Below are positions 30,214 through 39,420 of a DNA stretch of 64,000 bases, one piece after another. The stretch is from contig OY759970.1 in the NCBI GenBank assembly GCA_963662965.1, positions 3,904,524 through 3,968,523 of the forward strand. The letters run 5' to 3'. Origin of the DNA: Vicinamibacterales bacterium (GTDB lineage Bacteria; Acidobacteriota; Vicinamibacteria; Vicinamibacterales; UBA8438). The position numbers were made by a program, and so were the translations under genes. How positions within the stretch are numbered: the first letter of the stretch is position 1; each line of letters starts with the position of its first letter. The notes beneath the pieces are model-generated. The model ran no database searches and was not told where the DNA came from. It saw only the letters and a list, made by a program, of their open reading frames with translations.

Positions 30214-32205
30214 ATGAGGTTCACGCGCACTCTGTTGGTGGCGCTGGTCGTGCTGGCGGTGGTGGGCCCTGCCCGCGCCGAGGTCATACAGGTGATCGTC
30301 GACTCGCGCACCCCGTTCGCGGCGGACGTCCCGGATAAGGTCGGCCCCTACGAGCGCATTCGCGGCCGAGTGGTGTATGCGCTCGACCCCGACCACGAGG
30401 CGAATCGCGCCGTCGTCGATCTGTCGCTGGCGGCGATGAACGGCGACGGCAAGGTGGAGTTCTACGCCGACTTCGAGATCATCGCCCCGGTAGATCGCCG
30501 TCTGGCACAGCGGACGGTCCTCTACGACGTCAACAACCGTGGACGTCGCCGGTGGGGGACGCAGCCCTTCTTCCTGCGGCGCGGCTATGTGACGGTGTCG
30601 AGCGGCTGGATCGCCGAAGTGCCGGTTGACGCTACCTTAATGCGTGTCGAGGCGCCGGTGGCGCTTGGCGAGGACGGCGTCCCGATCGTCGGCACGGTCC
30701 GGGCCGAGCTGTCGACCGACGCCGCGACCAACCGGCTCAATCTCGCGAGTCGCGGCGCGTTGGCGTTCGAGCCGGTGGTCAACGAGCTCCGGAACGCCAA
30801 GCTCACCAAGCGCCGGCGTGAGCGTGATGCGCCCGAGCTGATCCCCCGTGACCAGTGGGAGTTCCTGCTGATCACGGGACCGCAGGAGGAGGGGAGCGGC
30901 CTCATCGAAGGTGCCATCGAGCTCACCGAGGGCTTTGAGCCAGGCCTGCTCTATGACCTGATCTACGACGCGCGCGGCGCGGTCGTGCAGGGCGTCGGGT
31001 TCGCGGCGATCCGCGACTTCGTCTCGTTCCTCAAGCATGATGCGTCGTCGATGAATCCGCTCCGCGACACGGATGGCCGTCCGCTCGCCGCGCGGGTGAT
31101 CGGCGAGGGCCGTTCACAGAGCGGGCGGGCGCTTCGGATGTTTCTCTACGACGGGTTCAACACCGACGAGCAGGGGCGGCCGGTGTTCGAGGGTGCGATG
31201 CCGGTCATCTCCGGCGGGGGCCGAGGGTTCTTCAATCATCGCTTCGCGTCGCCGACGCGGACCGCCAACGAGCACACCGGTCACCTGTATCCGGTCGACG
31301 TCTTCCCGTTCACCTACGGCGACGAAACCGACCCGTTCACCGAGCGGACCGACAGCATTCTGCGTCGCGCGCGCGACGAGGGCACCGCGCCGAAGCTGAT
31401 GCACCTCGACACGACGTCGGAGTACTGGCATCGCGCAGCGTCGCTCGTGCTCACCGATCCGGCGGGGACGCGCGACACGGTGATTCCGGATGACGTCCGC
31501 ATCTACGTCTTTGGCGGCTCACAGCACGGCCCCTCGAGCCGGCCATCGGAGCGGGGACAGCTGCCACCGAATCCGAACGTCTATCAGCCGTTTCTCGAGA
31601 CGCTGTTCGTGGCGATGGACCGCTGGATCACCGACGGGACGGCTCCGCCGCGAAGTGTCCATCCGACGATTGCGCAAGGCACGCTCGTCGGCTGGAGGGC
31701 CGACAAGGCGGGGTGGACGCCGCTGCCCGGCGTCACCTACCCGACGACCATCCAACAGCCGGAGCCGGTCGACTACGGAAAATCGTTCGACTCGGCGCGT
31801 CGGATCGACCACCATCCCCCGAAGCGGACCGACGCACGCTACGGCGTCCGCGTCCCGGCGCTCGACGGCGACAACAACGAGCGCGGCGCGCTCCGGATGC
31901 CGGCGGTGTCGGTCCCGGTGGCCACCTACACCGGTTGGAACCTACGGAACCCCGCCATTGGTGTTCCGGATGCGCTGCTTGGTCTCGCCGGTGGCTATCT
32001 CGTGTTTCCGAAGACGGAGGCAGAGCGGACCGCGTCCGGTGACCCGCGCCGGTCGATCGCGGAGCGGTACAGCAGCTTCGAGAACTACCTGACCAAAACG
32101 ATGCGCGCCGCCGACACGCTCATTCTGACCGGCTATCTGCTGGACGAGCACCGCGCCGGGATCAAGGCGGTGGCCGAGTCGCATCGCCTGCTGTTTGCAG
32201 AGTAG
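30214..32205 (+). CDS. secreted hypothetical protein, possibly alpha/beta-hydrolase-like
   Basis: The start was chosen at the ATG preceded by GGGAGGG (MRFTRTLLVALVVLAVVGPARA signal peptide), not at the overlapping 29977 extension. A GRSQSG element could be a nucleophile elbow. The family assignment is tentative. Confidence 0.5.
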   Translation: MRFTRTLLVALVVLAVVGPARAEVIQVIVDSRTPFAADVPDKVGPYERIRGRVVYALDPDHEANRAVVDLSLAAMNGDGKVEFYADFEIIAPVDRRLAQRTVLYDVNNRGRRRWGTQPFFLRRGYVTVSSGWIAEVPVDATLMRVEAPVALGEDGVPIVGTVRAELSTDAATNRLNLASRGALAFEPVVNELRNAKLTKRRRERDAPELIPRDQWEFLLITGPQEEGSGLIEGAIELTEGFEPGLLYDLIYDARGAVVQGVGFAAIRDFVSFLKHDASSMNPLRDTDGRPLAARVIGEGRSQSGRALRMFLYDGFNTDEQGRPVFEGAMPVISGGGRGFFNHRFASPTRTANEHTGHLYPVDVFPFTYGDETDPFTERTDSILRRARDEGTAPKLMHLDTTSEYWHRAASLVLTDPAGTRDTVIPDDVRIYVFGGSQHGPSSRPSERGQLPPNPNVYQPFLETLFVAMDRWITDGTAPPRSVHPTIAQGTLVGWRADKAGWTPLPGVTYPTTIQQPEPVDYGKSFDSARRIDHHPPKRTDARYGVRVPALDGDNNERGALRMPAVSVPVATYTGWNLRNPAIGVPDALLGLAGGYLVFPKTEAERTASGDPRRSIAERYSSFENYLTKTMRAADTLILTGYLLDEHRAGIKAVAESHRLLFAE

Positions 32206-32292
32206 GCGCCCCTGCGCCCCGTAGCGGCTAGTCCGTGTCGCACGTGCAATGTCGCGAGAGCCTGGGTAGAAGTGTGCAAATATAGTTGTCGC

Positions 32293-33662
32293 ATGCGTCG
32301 TATCACGTTCGTGATTGTCCTCGGGCTCACCCTCTCGGTCGCAACTAACCCTCTCACTGCCGAAGACTGGCCGCAGTGGCGCGGGGCGGAGCGCCTCGCC
32401 ATCTGGGACGAGACCGGCATCGTCGATGAGCTCCCCGACGCGCTGAAGGTGACGTGGCGCGTGCCGATCCGCGGCGGCTATGCTGGTCAGGCGGTCGCCG
32501 GCGGGCGGGTGTTCGTCACCGATTGGGTCGAAGATCCCGCCTCGCGAACGAGGGACGGCACCGAGCGTTTGCTCGCGCTCGACGAGGAGACCGGCGCGGT
32601 TCTCTGGACCCACGAATGGTCCGCCACCTACCGGATGCTGATGGCGTCGTACGCCATCGGGCCGCGCGCGACGCCGACAGTCGACGGCGACCGGGTCTAC
32701 GTTCTCGGCGCCACCGCCACCGGACGGCTCTTCTGCGTCGATGTTGACGACGGCGTCGTCATCTGGCAGAAGGACTACGCCGCCGACTACGACAGCAGCA
32801 TTCCGACCTGGGGGACGAGCAGCCCGCCGCTGGTCGATGGCGACCGGCTGATCGCGGTCGTCGGCGGGAAGCCGGACGCGATGGTCGTCGCGTTCGACAA
32901 GCAGACCGGCGATGAGGTCTGGCGCTCGATCGAGACGGCGGGCGAGATGGGCTACAGCCCGCCGATCATCTTCGAAGCGGGCGGGGTGCGGCAGCTGTTC
33001 AGCTGGCACCCGTCGGCGCTCGCGTCACGCGATCCCGAGACCGGCGCGTTCCACTGGTCGCAGGCGTGGGAGGCGGGCGCCGGGATGGCGATTGCGATGC
33101 CGTTCAAGAGCGGCGACTACCTGCTGGTGTCGCAGCTCTACAACGGGTCGATGATGATGCGGCTCAATCAGGACCGTCCCGCCGCGACGATGCTCTGGAA
33201 GGGGAAGGGGCGGAGCCCGGACGCGCCGAGGAGGCTGCATTCGGCGATCATGACACCGCTCGTCATCGGCGACTCGATCTACGGCCTCGACGTAAACGGC
33301 GAGCTCCGGATGCTCGACGCACGGACCGGCGAACAGGTGTGGGAAGACCTCGGATGACCGCCGCGGCGCGAAACGAATGGGGCGTGCCGCGGTGGGCAAC
33401 CGCGTTTCTCGTCAAGCAGGGCGACCGGTACTTCGCCAACACCGACGACGGGTATCTCGTGACCGCTCGTTTTACGCCCGACCGGTACGAGGAGCTTGGC
33501 CGCGTCCGATTGATCGCGCCGACGCATGCCAACAGGCTCGGCGCCCGCCGGGAGTGGGACCGGATCGTCAACTGGACGCACGCCGCCTACGCCAATCGTC
33601 ACATCGTGCAGCGCAACGACGAGGAGATCATTCGCGCCTCGCTTGCGGCCGCTGATTATTAG
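32293..33662 (+). pseudogene. PQQ-like beta-propeller repeat protein, frameshifted (paralog 1)
   Basis: The N-terminal 354 codons (AEDWPQWRGAERLAIW...) end at 33357. The C-terminal 100 aa (PRMTAAARNEW...HIVQRNDEEIIRASLAAADY) continue in another frame. A -1 shift lies near 33348 by comparison with the intact paralog 60621..61973. Confidence 0.8.
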
Positions 33663-33792
33663 GAGCCCGTGGTGAACGTCTCACGCCACGGGCGACAGGG
33701 CGCGCACGGCGCGCCCCACGGGAACGGAGCGGGGCACGGCCCCCCCCGGGCGAGTGACCGCGACGGGGTTCGGCGCAGTCAGCCCCGTCTAG
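33659..33792 (-). repeat. copy of the intergenic structured repeat (inverted orientation)
   Basis: GACAGGGCGCGCACGGCGCGCCCCACGGGAACGGAGCGGGGCACGGCCCCCCCCGGGCGAGTGACCGCGACGGGGTTCGGCGCAGTCAGCCCCGTCTAG is the reverse complement of the consensus. It lies between the PQQ stop and the recQ start. Confidence 0.7.
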
Positions 33793-33803
33793 GCTAGGAA
33801 CCC

Positions 33804-35681
33804 GTGCTCACCGACATCCTCACGCGCTACTGGGGCTACGAGACCTTTCGCCCGTTGCAGCGCGACGCCATCCGGGCCAATCTCGCGGACCGCGATAGCT
33901 TGGTCGTGCTCCCGACCGGGGGCGGGAAGTCGCTCTGCTTTCAGCTCCCGACGTTGGTCGAAGAGCGGAGTGGCTCGCTCGGACTCGTCGTCTCGCCGCT
34001 GCTGTCCCTGATGAAGGACCAGGTCGACGGCCTGGTCGCCAGCGGAATCCCGGCGGCCGCGCTCAACAGCACGTTGAGTATGGACGAGCGCGAGGCGGTG
34101 CTCGAGGGGCTCGATGCGGGGCAGTACCGACTGCTCTACGTCACGCCCGAGCGGCTCGCCGGTGACGGCAGCGAAGCCTTTCAGGTGCGACTCGAGCGCT
34201 GGAACGTCGCGTTCGTCGCCGTGGATGAGGCGCACTGCATCAGCCAATGGGGCCACGAGTTCCGCCCGGAGTATCGTCAGCTTGGTCGCGTGAAGTCGGC
34301 CTTGCCGGCGACCGCCTGGCACGCCTTCACAGCCACCGCGACCGAGCGGGTTCGCGACGACATTGTGTCGCAGCTGGCGCTGCAAGACCCGGTGCGGCTG
34401 GTCGGATCGTTCGATCGTCCCAATCTCGCGTATCGCGTGGTGCCGCGCGTTGGGTTAAAGGATCAGATCCTGCGGGTCGTCGAACGGCATCCCCACGAGG
34501 CCGGTATCATCTATTGCATTTCGAGACGCGAGGTCGAGAGCATCGCCGCATGGCTCGACGCTCTCGGCCACCGCGCGCTGCCGTACCACGCCGGACTTCC
34601 GGACGACGTGCGCAAAGCACACCAAGAGCAGTTCCTCGAGGAGCGCGTCGACATCATGGTGGCGACCGTGGCCTTCGGGATGGGAATTGACCGGTCGAAC
34701 GTCCGATTTGTGATGCACGCCGGTGCGCCACGCTCGCTTGAGCATTATCAGCAGGAGTCTGGACGCGCCGGCCGCGATGGCCTCGACGCCGAATGCGTCC
34801 TCGCCTATTCACCCGCCGACTTCGCCAAATGGCGGCAGATGCTCGAATCGAGCGGTGAGCTCTCCCAGAGCGCCCGCTCGCTGCTGCGCGACATGGAGCG
34901 ATACGCCGGCGGCACGCGGTGTCGTCATCGGATGCTGGTCGAGCACTTCGGGCAGCGTCACGAGGGGACGAGTTGCGACGCGTGCGACTGGTGTCTCCAC
35001 GAGTTGGAGCCGGTCGACGATGCGGCGACGTTGGCGCAGAAGATCCTATCGGCCGTGGCGCGTCTCCGGCAGCGGTGGGGCGTCGGACACGTGATCGACG
35101 TGCTCCGTGGACGCGAGACCGAGCGGATCACGGCCCGTAAGCACGACCAGCTCAGCACATTCGGATTGTTGTCCGAGACACCGCTCGCCGAGCTGCGCGG
35201 CTACGTCGATCAGCTGACGGCGCAGGGATTCCTGATGCAGACGGGCGACCAGTATCCCGTGCTCCGGCTGACCGATGACGGACTGGCGGCGCTCCGCGCC
35301 GAACGAACGCTGATGCTCTTCCGGCAGCCGCGTCCCGTCCGGCGCCGCGACCGGAGGCGCGGCGGCGAGGGGACATCGGCGTCTGCATCTGCGTCGGCGT
35401 TGTCTTGGGAGGGAGTCGATACCGGGTTGTTCGAGGCGTTGCGCGCGTGCCGACTCGAGATTGCGCGCGCCCGCGGCGTGCCGCCGTACGTCGTGTTTCA
35501 CGACACAACGTTGCGCGAACTGGCCCGCCGTCGTCCATCGACGCCGGCGCAACTCCTAGGCATCCACGGGATCGGGACGCGCAAAGCGGAGGACCTGGGT
35601 CCGCCGGTGCTTGAGGTCATCCGCGACTACTGCGCCGGTCACGATCTCGCGCTCGACGCGCGAGCGGAGGCGGGCGCATGA
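33804..35681 (+). CDS. recQ: ATP-dependent DNA helicase RecQ
   Basis: 625 aa with YWGYETFRPLQRDAI, LPTGGGKS and the DEAH box VAVDEAHCISQWGHEFRPEY. It has RecQ-Ct Zn cysteines (CRHRML...CDACDWC) and a C-terminal HRDC domain (PPYVVFHDTTLRELA...IHGIGTRKAEDLG). Confidence 0.95.
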   Translation: MLTDILTRYWGYETFRPLQRDAIRANLADRDSLVVLPTGGGKSLCFQLPTLVEERSGSLGLVVSPLLSLMKDQVDGLVASGIPAAALNSTLSMDEREAVLEGLDAGQYRLLYVTPERLAGDGSEAFQVRLERWNVAFVAVDEAHCISQWGHEFRPEYRQLGRVKSALPATAWHAFTATATERVRDDIVSQLALQDPVRLVGSFDRPNLAYRVVPRVGLKDQILRVVERHPHEAGIIYCISRREVESIAAWLDALGHRALPYHAGLPDDVRKAHQEQFLEERVDIMVATVAFGMGIDRSNVRFVMHAGAPRSLEHYQQESGRAGRDGLDAECVLAYSPADFAKWRQMLESSGELSQSARSLLRDMERYAGGTRCRHRMLVEHFGQRHEGTSCDACDWCLHELEPVDDAATLAQKILSAVARLRQRWGVGHVIDVLRGRETERITARKHDQLSTFGLLSETPLAELRGYVDQLTAQGFLMQTGDQYPVLRLTDDGLAALRAERTLMLFRQPRPVRRRDRRRGGEGTSASASASALSWEGVDTGLFEALRACRLEIARARGVPPYVVFHDTTLRELARRRPSTPAQLLGIHGIGTRKAEDLGPPVLEVIRDYCAGHDLALDARAEAGA

Positions 35682-36196
35682 CGGTCCGGCCGGTGTTCGC
35701 CCTGGTCATCCTCGCGCTTGGCCAGGGGCTGCTCGCACCGTCCGTATGGGCGCAACTCGACGTTAGCGGCGCGCACGTCACGATGAACGACGGCGAGGTT
35801 GCGTCGCGTTTCGACGCGCCGCGGAACGAGACGACCGTCACGCTCGCGCTTCGTCCGGAAGGGCCGTACGGGGTGGCGCTGATGTTCTTCCTGAATACGT
35901 ACGATGGCCGGCGTCCGATCGAGAACCCGACGGTCATCCAAATCTATGCCTATCTCCACACCGTCAACCCCACGCAGATGCGTCGGCCGATGTTCGTGGT
36001 CGACCTCGACCGCGACCTCGACACCGCCGATCAGATTGATTTGAGCGCCACTCTGCAACAGCCGCGCACGCCAGCGGGTGAGCTGCTCGACGGGGTCGTC
36101 GAGATGGCCCTGGTCGATTTCTCCCGTCCGCTACGCGCGACGACCGTGACGGCGAATCTCTTTGGTCTCGATTTTCCGATCCGCGCCGACCAGTAG
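35678..36196 (+). CDS. secreted hypothetical protein
   Basis: 172 aa with the signal peptide MTVRPVFALVILALGQGLLAPSVWAQ. An ATGA overlap couples it to the recQ stop. No motif was recognised. Confidence 0.5.
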   Translation: MTVRPVFALVILALGQGLLAPSVWAQLDVSGAHVTMNDGEVASRFDAPRNETTVTLALRPEGPYGVALMFFLNTYDGRRPIENPTVIQIYAYLHTVNPTQMRRPMFVVDLDRDLDTADQIDLSATLQQPRTPAGELLDGVVEMALVDFSRPLRATTVTANLFGLDFPIRADQ

Positions 36197-36357
36197 GAGG
36201 CGCTGTGGGCGTTTGCGGTGCAGGTCCTGCCGGAGAGCGCCCGGTAACGTGACCGCGCCGGTCGAATGCCGTGGGACTTTCACCACGGGTTCCTGGCCCG
36301 CTACAATTCACCGAGTATCCGAGCGCGGTCCGTTCGCGCGGGAGTAGGAGAGTGCAG

Positions 36358-37371
36358 ATGCGACCACGATTCGTGACGTTGCTCAGCGTTGTCGCCCTTG
36401 TTGCCGTCGTGGCGCTCGCCGCCCCGACGACGGCGAGCGCGCAGGACGACAACTGGACCTTGCCGCGGACGGCCGACGGACATCCCGACCTACAGGGGGT
36501 CTGGGCCAACAACAACGTGACGCCGCTCGAGCGGCCTCCCGAGTGGGCCGACAAGGAGACGTTGACCGACGAGGAATTGGCCGCATTGCAGGTTGCCGCG
36601 GCGCAGGCGGTCGATGACGGCGACGCGCTCTTCGGCGACCAGCTCGTGCTGGCGGCGATCAAGCAGACGCAAGCCGAGTCGTATGACCCGACCACCGGCA
36701 ATTACAACCAGTTCTGGATCGCGGATCGCGACTTCAGCAACCGGACGTCGCTCGTGGTCGAGCCGCCCGATGGCCGCATTCCGGACATGACGTCGTCCGG
36801 CAAGGCCCGTCAGCAGATGCTCCGTGATCACCGGAGCGCGCATCCTGCCGATACCTACGCCGACCGTCCGTTGAGCGAGCGCTGTGTCACCTACGGCCAT
36901 CCGCGTTTGGGCGCCGGCTACAACAGCTACTACCAGGTATTCCAGAGCCGCGACCACGTGGTCATCTACATGGAGATGAACCACGACGCGCGCGTCATTC
37001 CGATCGATGGCACGCCATTGCTCGACGACGACGTCCGCTTGTGGCACGGCGACTCGCGCGGACACTGGGACGGCGACACGCTGGTGGTGGAGACGAAGAA
37101 CTATTCGGCGAACGCGACGTTCCGTGGCCTCACCGCCGAGAACATGGTGGTGACCGAGCGCCTGACGCGGGTCGGGCCGCAGACACTCAACTACGAAGTC
37201 ATTATTGACGATTCGACGACGTACTCCGCGCCGTGGACGGTGATGATTCCGCTCATGGGGACCACCGACGCGGTGTATGAGTACGCCTGTCACGAAGGCA
37301 ATATCGGCATGGACGGCATTCTCGCTGGCCACCGCGCCGAGGAGCGAGAGGCGGCAACCGGTTCGAAGTAA
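36358..37371 (+). CDS. secreted protein of an uncharacterised 'YEYACHEGN' family (paralog 1)
   Basis: The start was chosen at the ATG after GGAGTAGGAGAG. It has a signal peptide, then PRTADGHPDLQGVW, NYNQFW, PPDGRIP, WHGDSRGHWDGDTLVVETKNY and YEYACHEGNIGMDGILAGHR. Paralogs are at 58439..59434 and 59466..60587. Confidence 0.7.
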   Translation: MRPRFVTLLSVVALVAVVALAAPTTASAQDDNWTLPRTADGHPDLQGVWANNNVTPLERPPEWADKETLTDEELAALQVAAAQAVDDGDALFGDQLVLAAIKQTQAESYDPTTGNYNQFWIADRDFSNRTSLVVEPPDGRIPDMTSSGKARQQMLRDHRSAHPADTYADRPLSERCVTYGHPRLGAGYNSYYQVFQSRDHVVIYMEMNHDARVIPIDGTPLLDDDVRLWHGDSRGHWDGDTLVVETKNYSANATFRGLTAENMVVTERLTRVGPQTLNYEVIIDDSTTYSAPWTVMIPLMGTTDAVYEYACHEGNIGMDGILAGHRAEEREAATGSK

Positions 37372-37501
37372 CGCGCGCTGCTCCCGCAGTGCTGTTCGTC
37401 ACCCGGCGCACCCACGGCCGACCGTGGTCTGTGGGTGAGTCGTGTCCTTTCCCTGCCGCGTTCCGCGAGGGTGCTACCCGTAGCGTCGTGAGGACTCATC
37501 G

Positions 37502-37835
37502 ATGAAGGTTTGTGTGGTCGGGGCGCGGGCGATTGGCGGCTATATAGCCGTGCGGATCGCCGAGGTCCGAGGTGGGACATGACGTCTCGGTCATCGCGCG
37601 TCGGCTGCATCTGGCGGCTATTCGCGCCAAAGGGATGAAGCTGATCGAGGACGAACCGGAGTTGGTGGCGAGCACCCTGACGGCGACCGACCGGATTCGG
37701 GATCTCGGACCGCAGGATGTCGTCCTCCTCGCGCTCATGGCACATCAGATCGAGGCGGTGGTCAGTGGTTCCACACCAGAGGCCGGATATCTTGCTGCAC
37801 CCAATCTGGTGGCTGTTCCGCCGTCGCTCACTTGA
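37502..37835 (+). pseudogene. N-terminal fragment of 2-dehydropantoate 2-reductase (PanE/ApbA-like), frameshifted
   Basis: MKVCVVGARAIGGYIAVRIAE has a Rossmann GxGxxG degraded to GARAIG. After a frame change it reads GHDVSVIARRLHLAAIRAKGMKLIE...ATDRIRDLGPQDVVLLALMAHQIEAVV. It is truncated after about 110 codons. Confidence 0.55.
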
Positions 37836-37851
37836 CCCCGGGAGGAGTCCA

Positions 37852-38128
37852 TATATTTCTGGAGGGGGATGTGCGCGACCGGCGTCGGTCGGGGCATACT
37901 GCGCCGGCAGCAGCGACACCTGATGCCCGCAGCGGCGCGCGACCCGTCCCCAGTGATGCGCCATGCCACACGCGTCCATGACGACGTGACTGGCCGCCTG
38001 CGTGCGGCAGAACCGTTCGAACTGGCGGCGCGTGAAGCGATGATGAGCCTGGAGGCACCCCGCCGGTCGGCGACAGCGACTTCGAAGACACTCTTTGCGA
38101 GATCAACCGCGACGGTCGTAGGACGCAT
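37852..38128 (-). mobile_element. IS110-family transposase N-terminal remnant (frameshifted, truncated)
   Basis: An RBS (GGAGAGGAG) precedes ATG MRPTTVAVDLAKSVFEVAVADRRG. In a second frame it reads AHHRFTRRQFERFCRTQAASHVVMDACGMAHHWGRVARRCGHQVSLLPAQY, the DEDD N-domain pattern. There is no C-terminal domain. A 14-bp direct repeat CCGGGAGGAGTCCA lies at 37838-37851 and 38195-38208. Confidence 0.7.
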
Positions 38129-38323
38129 GATGGTCTCCTCTCCGGTTTGTGGTTTCCGGTCCGCTTGCCACGGCCATGATGCCGCAACAAAGGACCGGGA
38201 GGAGTCCAGTCCATGACCGGCTCGCCTCGAGGAGCATCCGGCACTCGGAGTAACGGGAGGCGTCGTCTCGCCAAAGGCAGACGGTTTCTTCCAGGATATG
38301 CCCGACCGGCGCCGAGGATTCAG

Positions 38324-38400
38324 CGACCGCGACGGGGTCCGGGGCGGTAAGCCCCGGTTGAGAGAAGCCGCCGGCGGGGTGCGCCGTGCGCGCCCTGTCT
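38324..38400. repeat. rearranged copy of the intergenic structured repeat
   Basis: The left module is inverted (GACCGCGACGGGGTCCGGGGCGGTAAGCCCCGGTTGA). It is directly followed by the right module in forward orientation (CGGCGGGGTGCGCCGTGCGCGCCCTGTCT). Confidence 0.45.
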
Positions 38401-39308
38401 TACAGGTGCTCTGGGGTAAACATGACGTCGCCGACGGCGGTGTCGTTCGGGTCGATCACGATCAGGCCGGTGTCGTCGCGGCCGTCGTCGGCGAGATTGA
38501 ACCCGTCGATACAATTGGTTACCGGCTCCACACAGAAGAAGTCGCGCCCGGGCGGCGTGTAGACGACCAAGCAGCTGTAGACCGGCTCGGCGTCGATGCG
38601 GAGGCGGGCGTTCCACTCCGGCCAGTCGACGACCGCGTGGCCCCCGAACTGAACGAAGTTGTTGTCGAGCGGTATGGCGTCGGGGTTGAGACCGTTGCCG
38701 TCGAGCGCCAACTGTGGCGGCGGCGACACGAGCGCGTCCGGCATCGAGTCGGCGTCGGCGCGCCACATCGAGCCGACGTCGGCGCGCACCGTGGCGCGCG
38801 ATGTTCTGACGAAGTACGGGTGCAAGCCAAAGCCGACCGGCATCGCCTCCGATGACTCGTTGGTGACGGCGAAGCGAACCGCGAGACGCTCGGGCGTCAG
38901 CGTGAATGTCTGCTCCGCTCGATAGGACCACGGCCACCGATCGGCGGGATGCCGATACGCGAGCGTGAGGCTGGCGTGGGACCGGTTGACGACGTCCCAC
39001 GCCCGCCGCCACGCATGTCCATGAATCGCGTGCGGCTCGGGCTGAAAGTTCTGCTCGAGCCGGACGACGCGGCCACGGAAGCGGAACCTCGCGTCACGGA
39101 TACGATTGGAAAACGGCACCAGCGGAAAGCTCGCGGTGTTTCCCGCCGACCGATTCAGCAGCGCCTCCTCGGAGGCGGGGCGCATCCACTCGAACGTGCG
39201 GCCGGCGCGTGCGGATGTGTATCGAGTGATCGATCCGCCCACGGCGGGTGCCACGGAGAGGCGCACCGTGTCGGCACGCAGCGTAATGATCTCGGGCAAC
39301 CCTTGCAT
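38400..39308 (-). CDS. aldose 1-epimerase family protein
   Basis: 302 aa from the internal ATG (MQGLPEIITL...). Motifs are FPLVPFSNRI, HGHAW, GFGLHPYF and FFCVEPV. The upstream part of the 38400..39530 ORF looks non-coding. Confidence 0.8.
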   Translation of the reverse strand: MQGLPEIITLRADTVRLSVAPAVGGSITRYTSARAGRTFEWMRPASEEALLNRSAGNTASFPLVPFSNRIRDARFRFRGRVVRLEQNFQPEPHAIHGHAWRRAWDVVNRSHASLTLAYRHPADRWPWSYRAEQTFTLTPERLAVRFAVTNESSEAMPVGFGLHPYFVRTSRATVRADVGSMWRADADSMPDALVSPPPQLALDGNGLNPDAIPLDNNFVQFGGHAVVDWPEWNARLRIDAEPVYSCLVVYTPPGRDFFCVEPVTNCIDGFNLADDGRDDTGLIVIDPNDTAVGDVMFTPEHL

Positions 39309-39420
39309 GATGACGGCCTCATCGTATGCTGACCGAGCCGGTCGGAGTGAGGCCACGGTAAAAAACTGGTACCTTCGAGGGTGGACGCCGTGGTCTCGGA
39401 CGCAGTCACGAGGTGGACGC

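Noticed and set aside
33340-33357. Programmed ribosomal frameshifting in the split PQQ-propeller gene.
   Set aside because: There is no slippery heptamer or downstream stimulatory structure at the junction (GTGTGGGAAGACCTCGGATGA). The paralog is encoded in a single frame. A simple 1-nt deletion or assembly error is more parsimonious.
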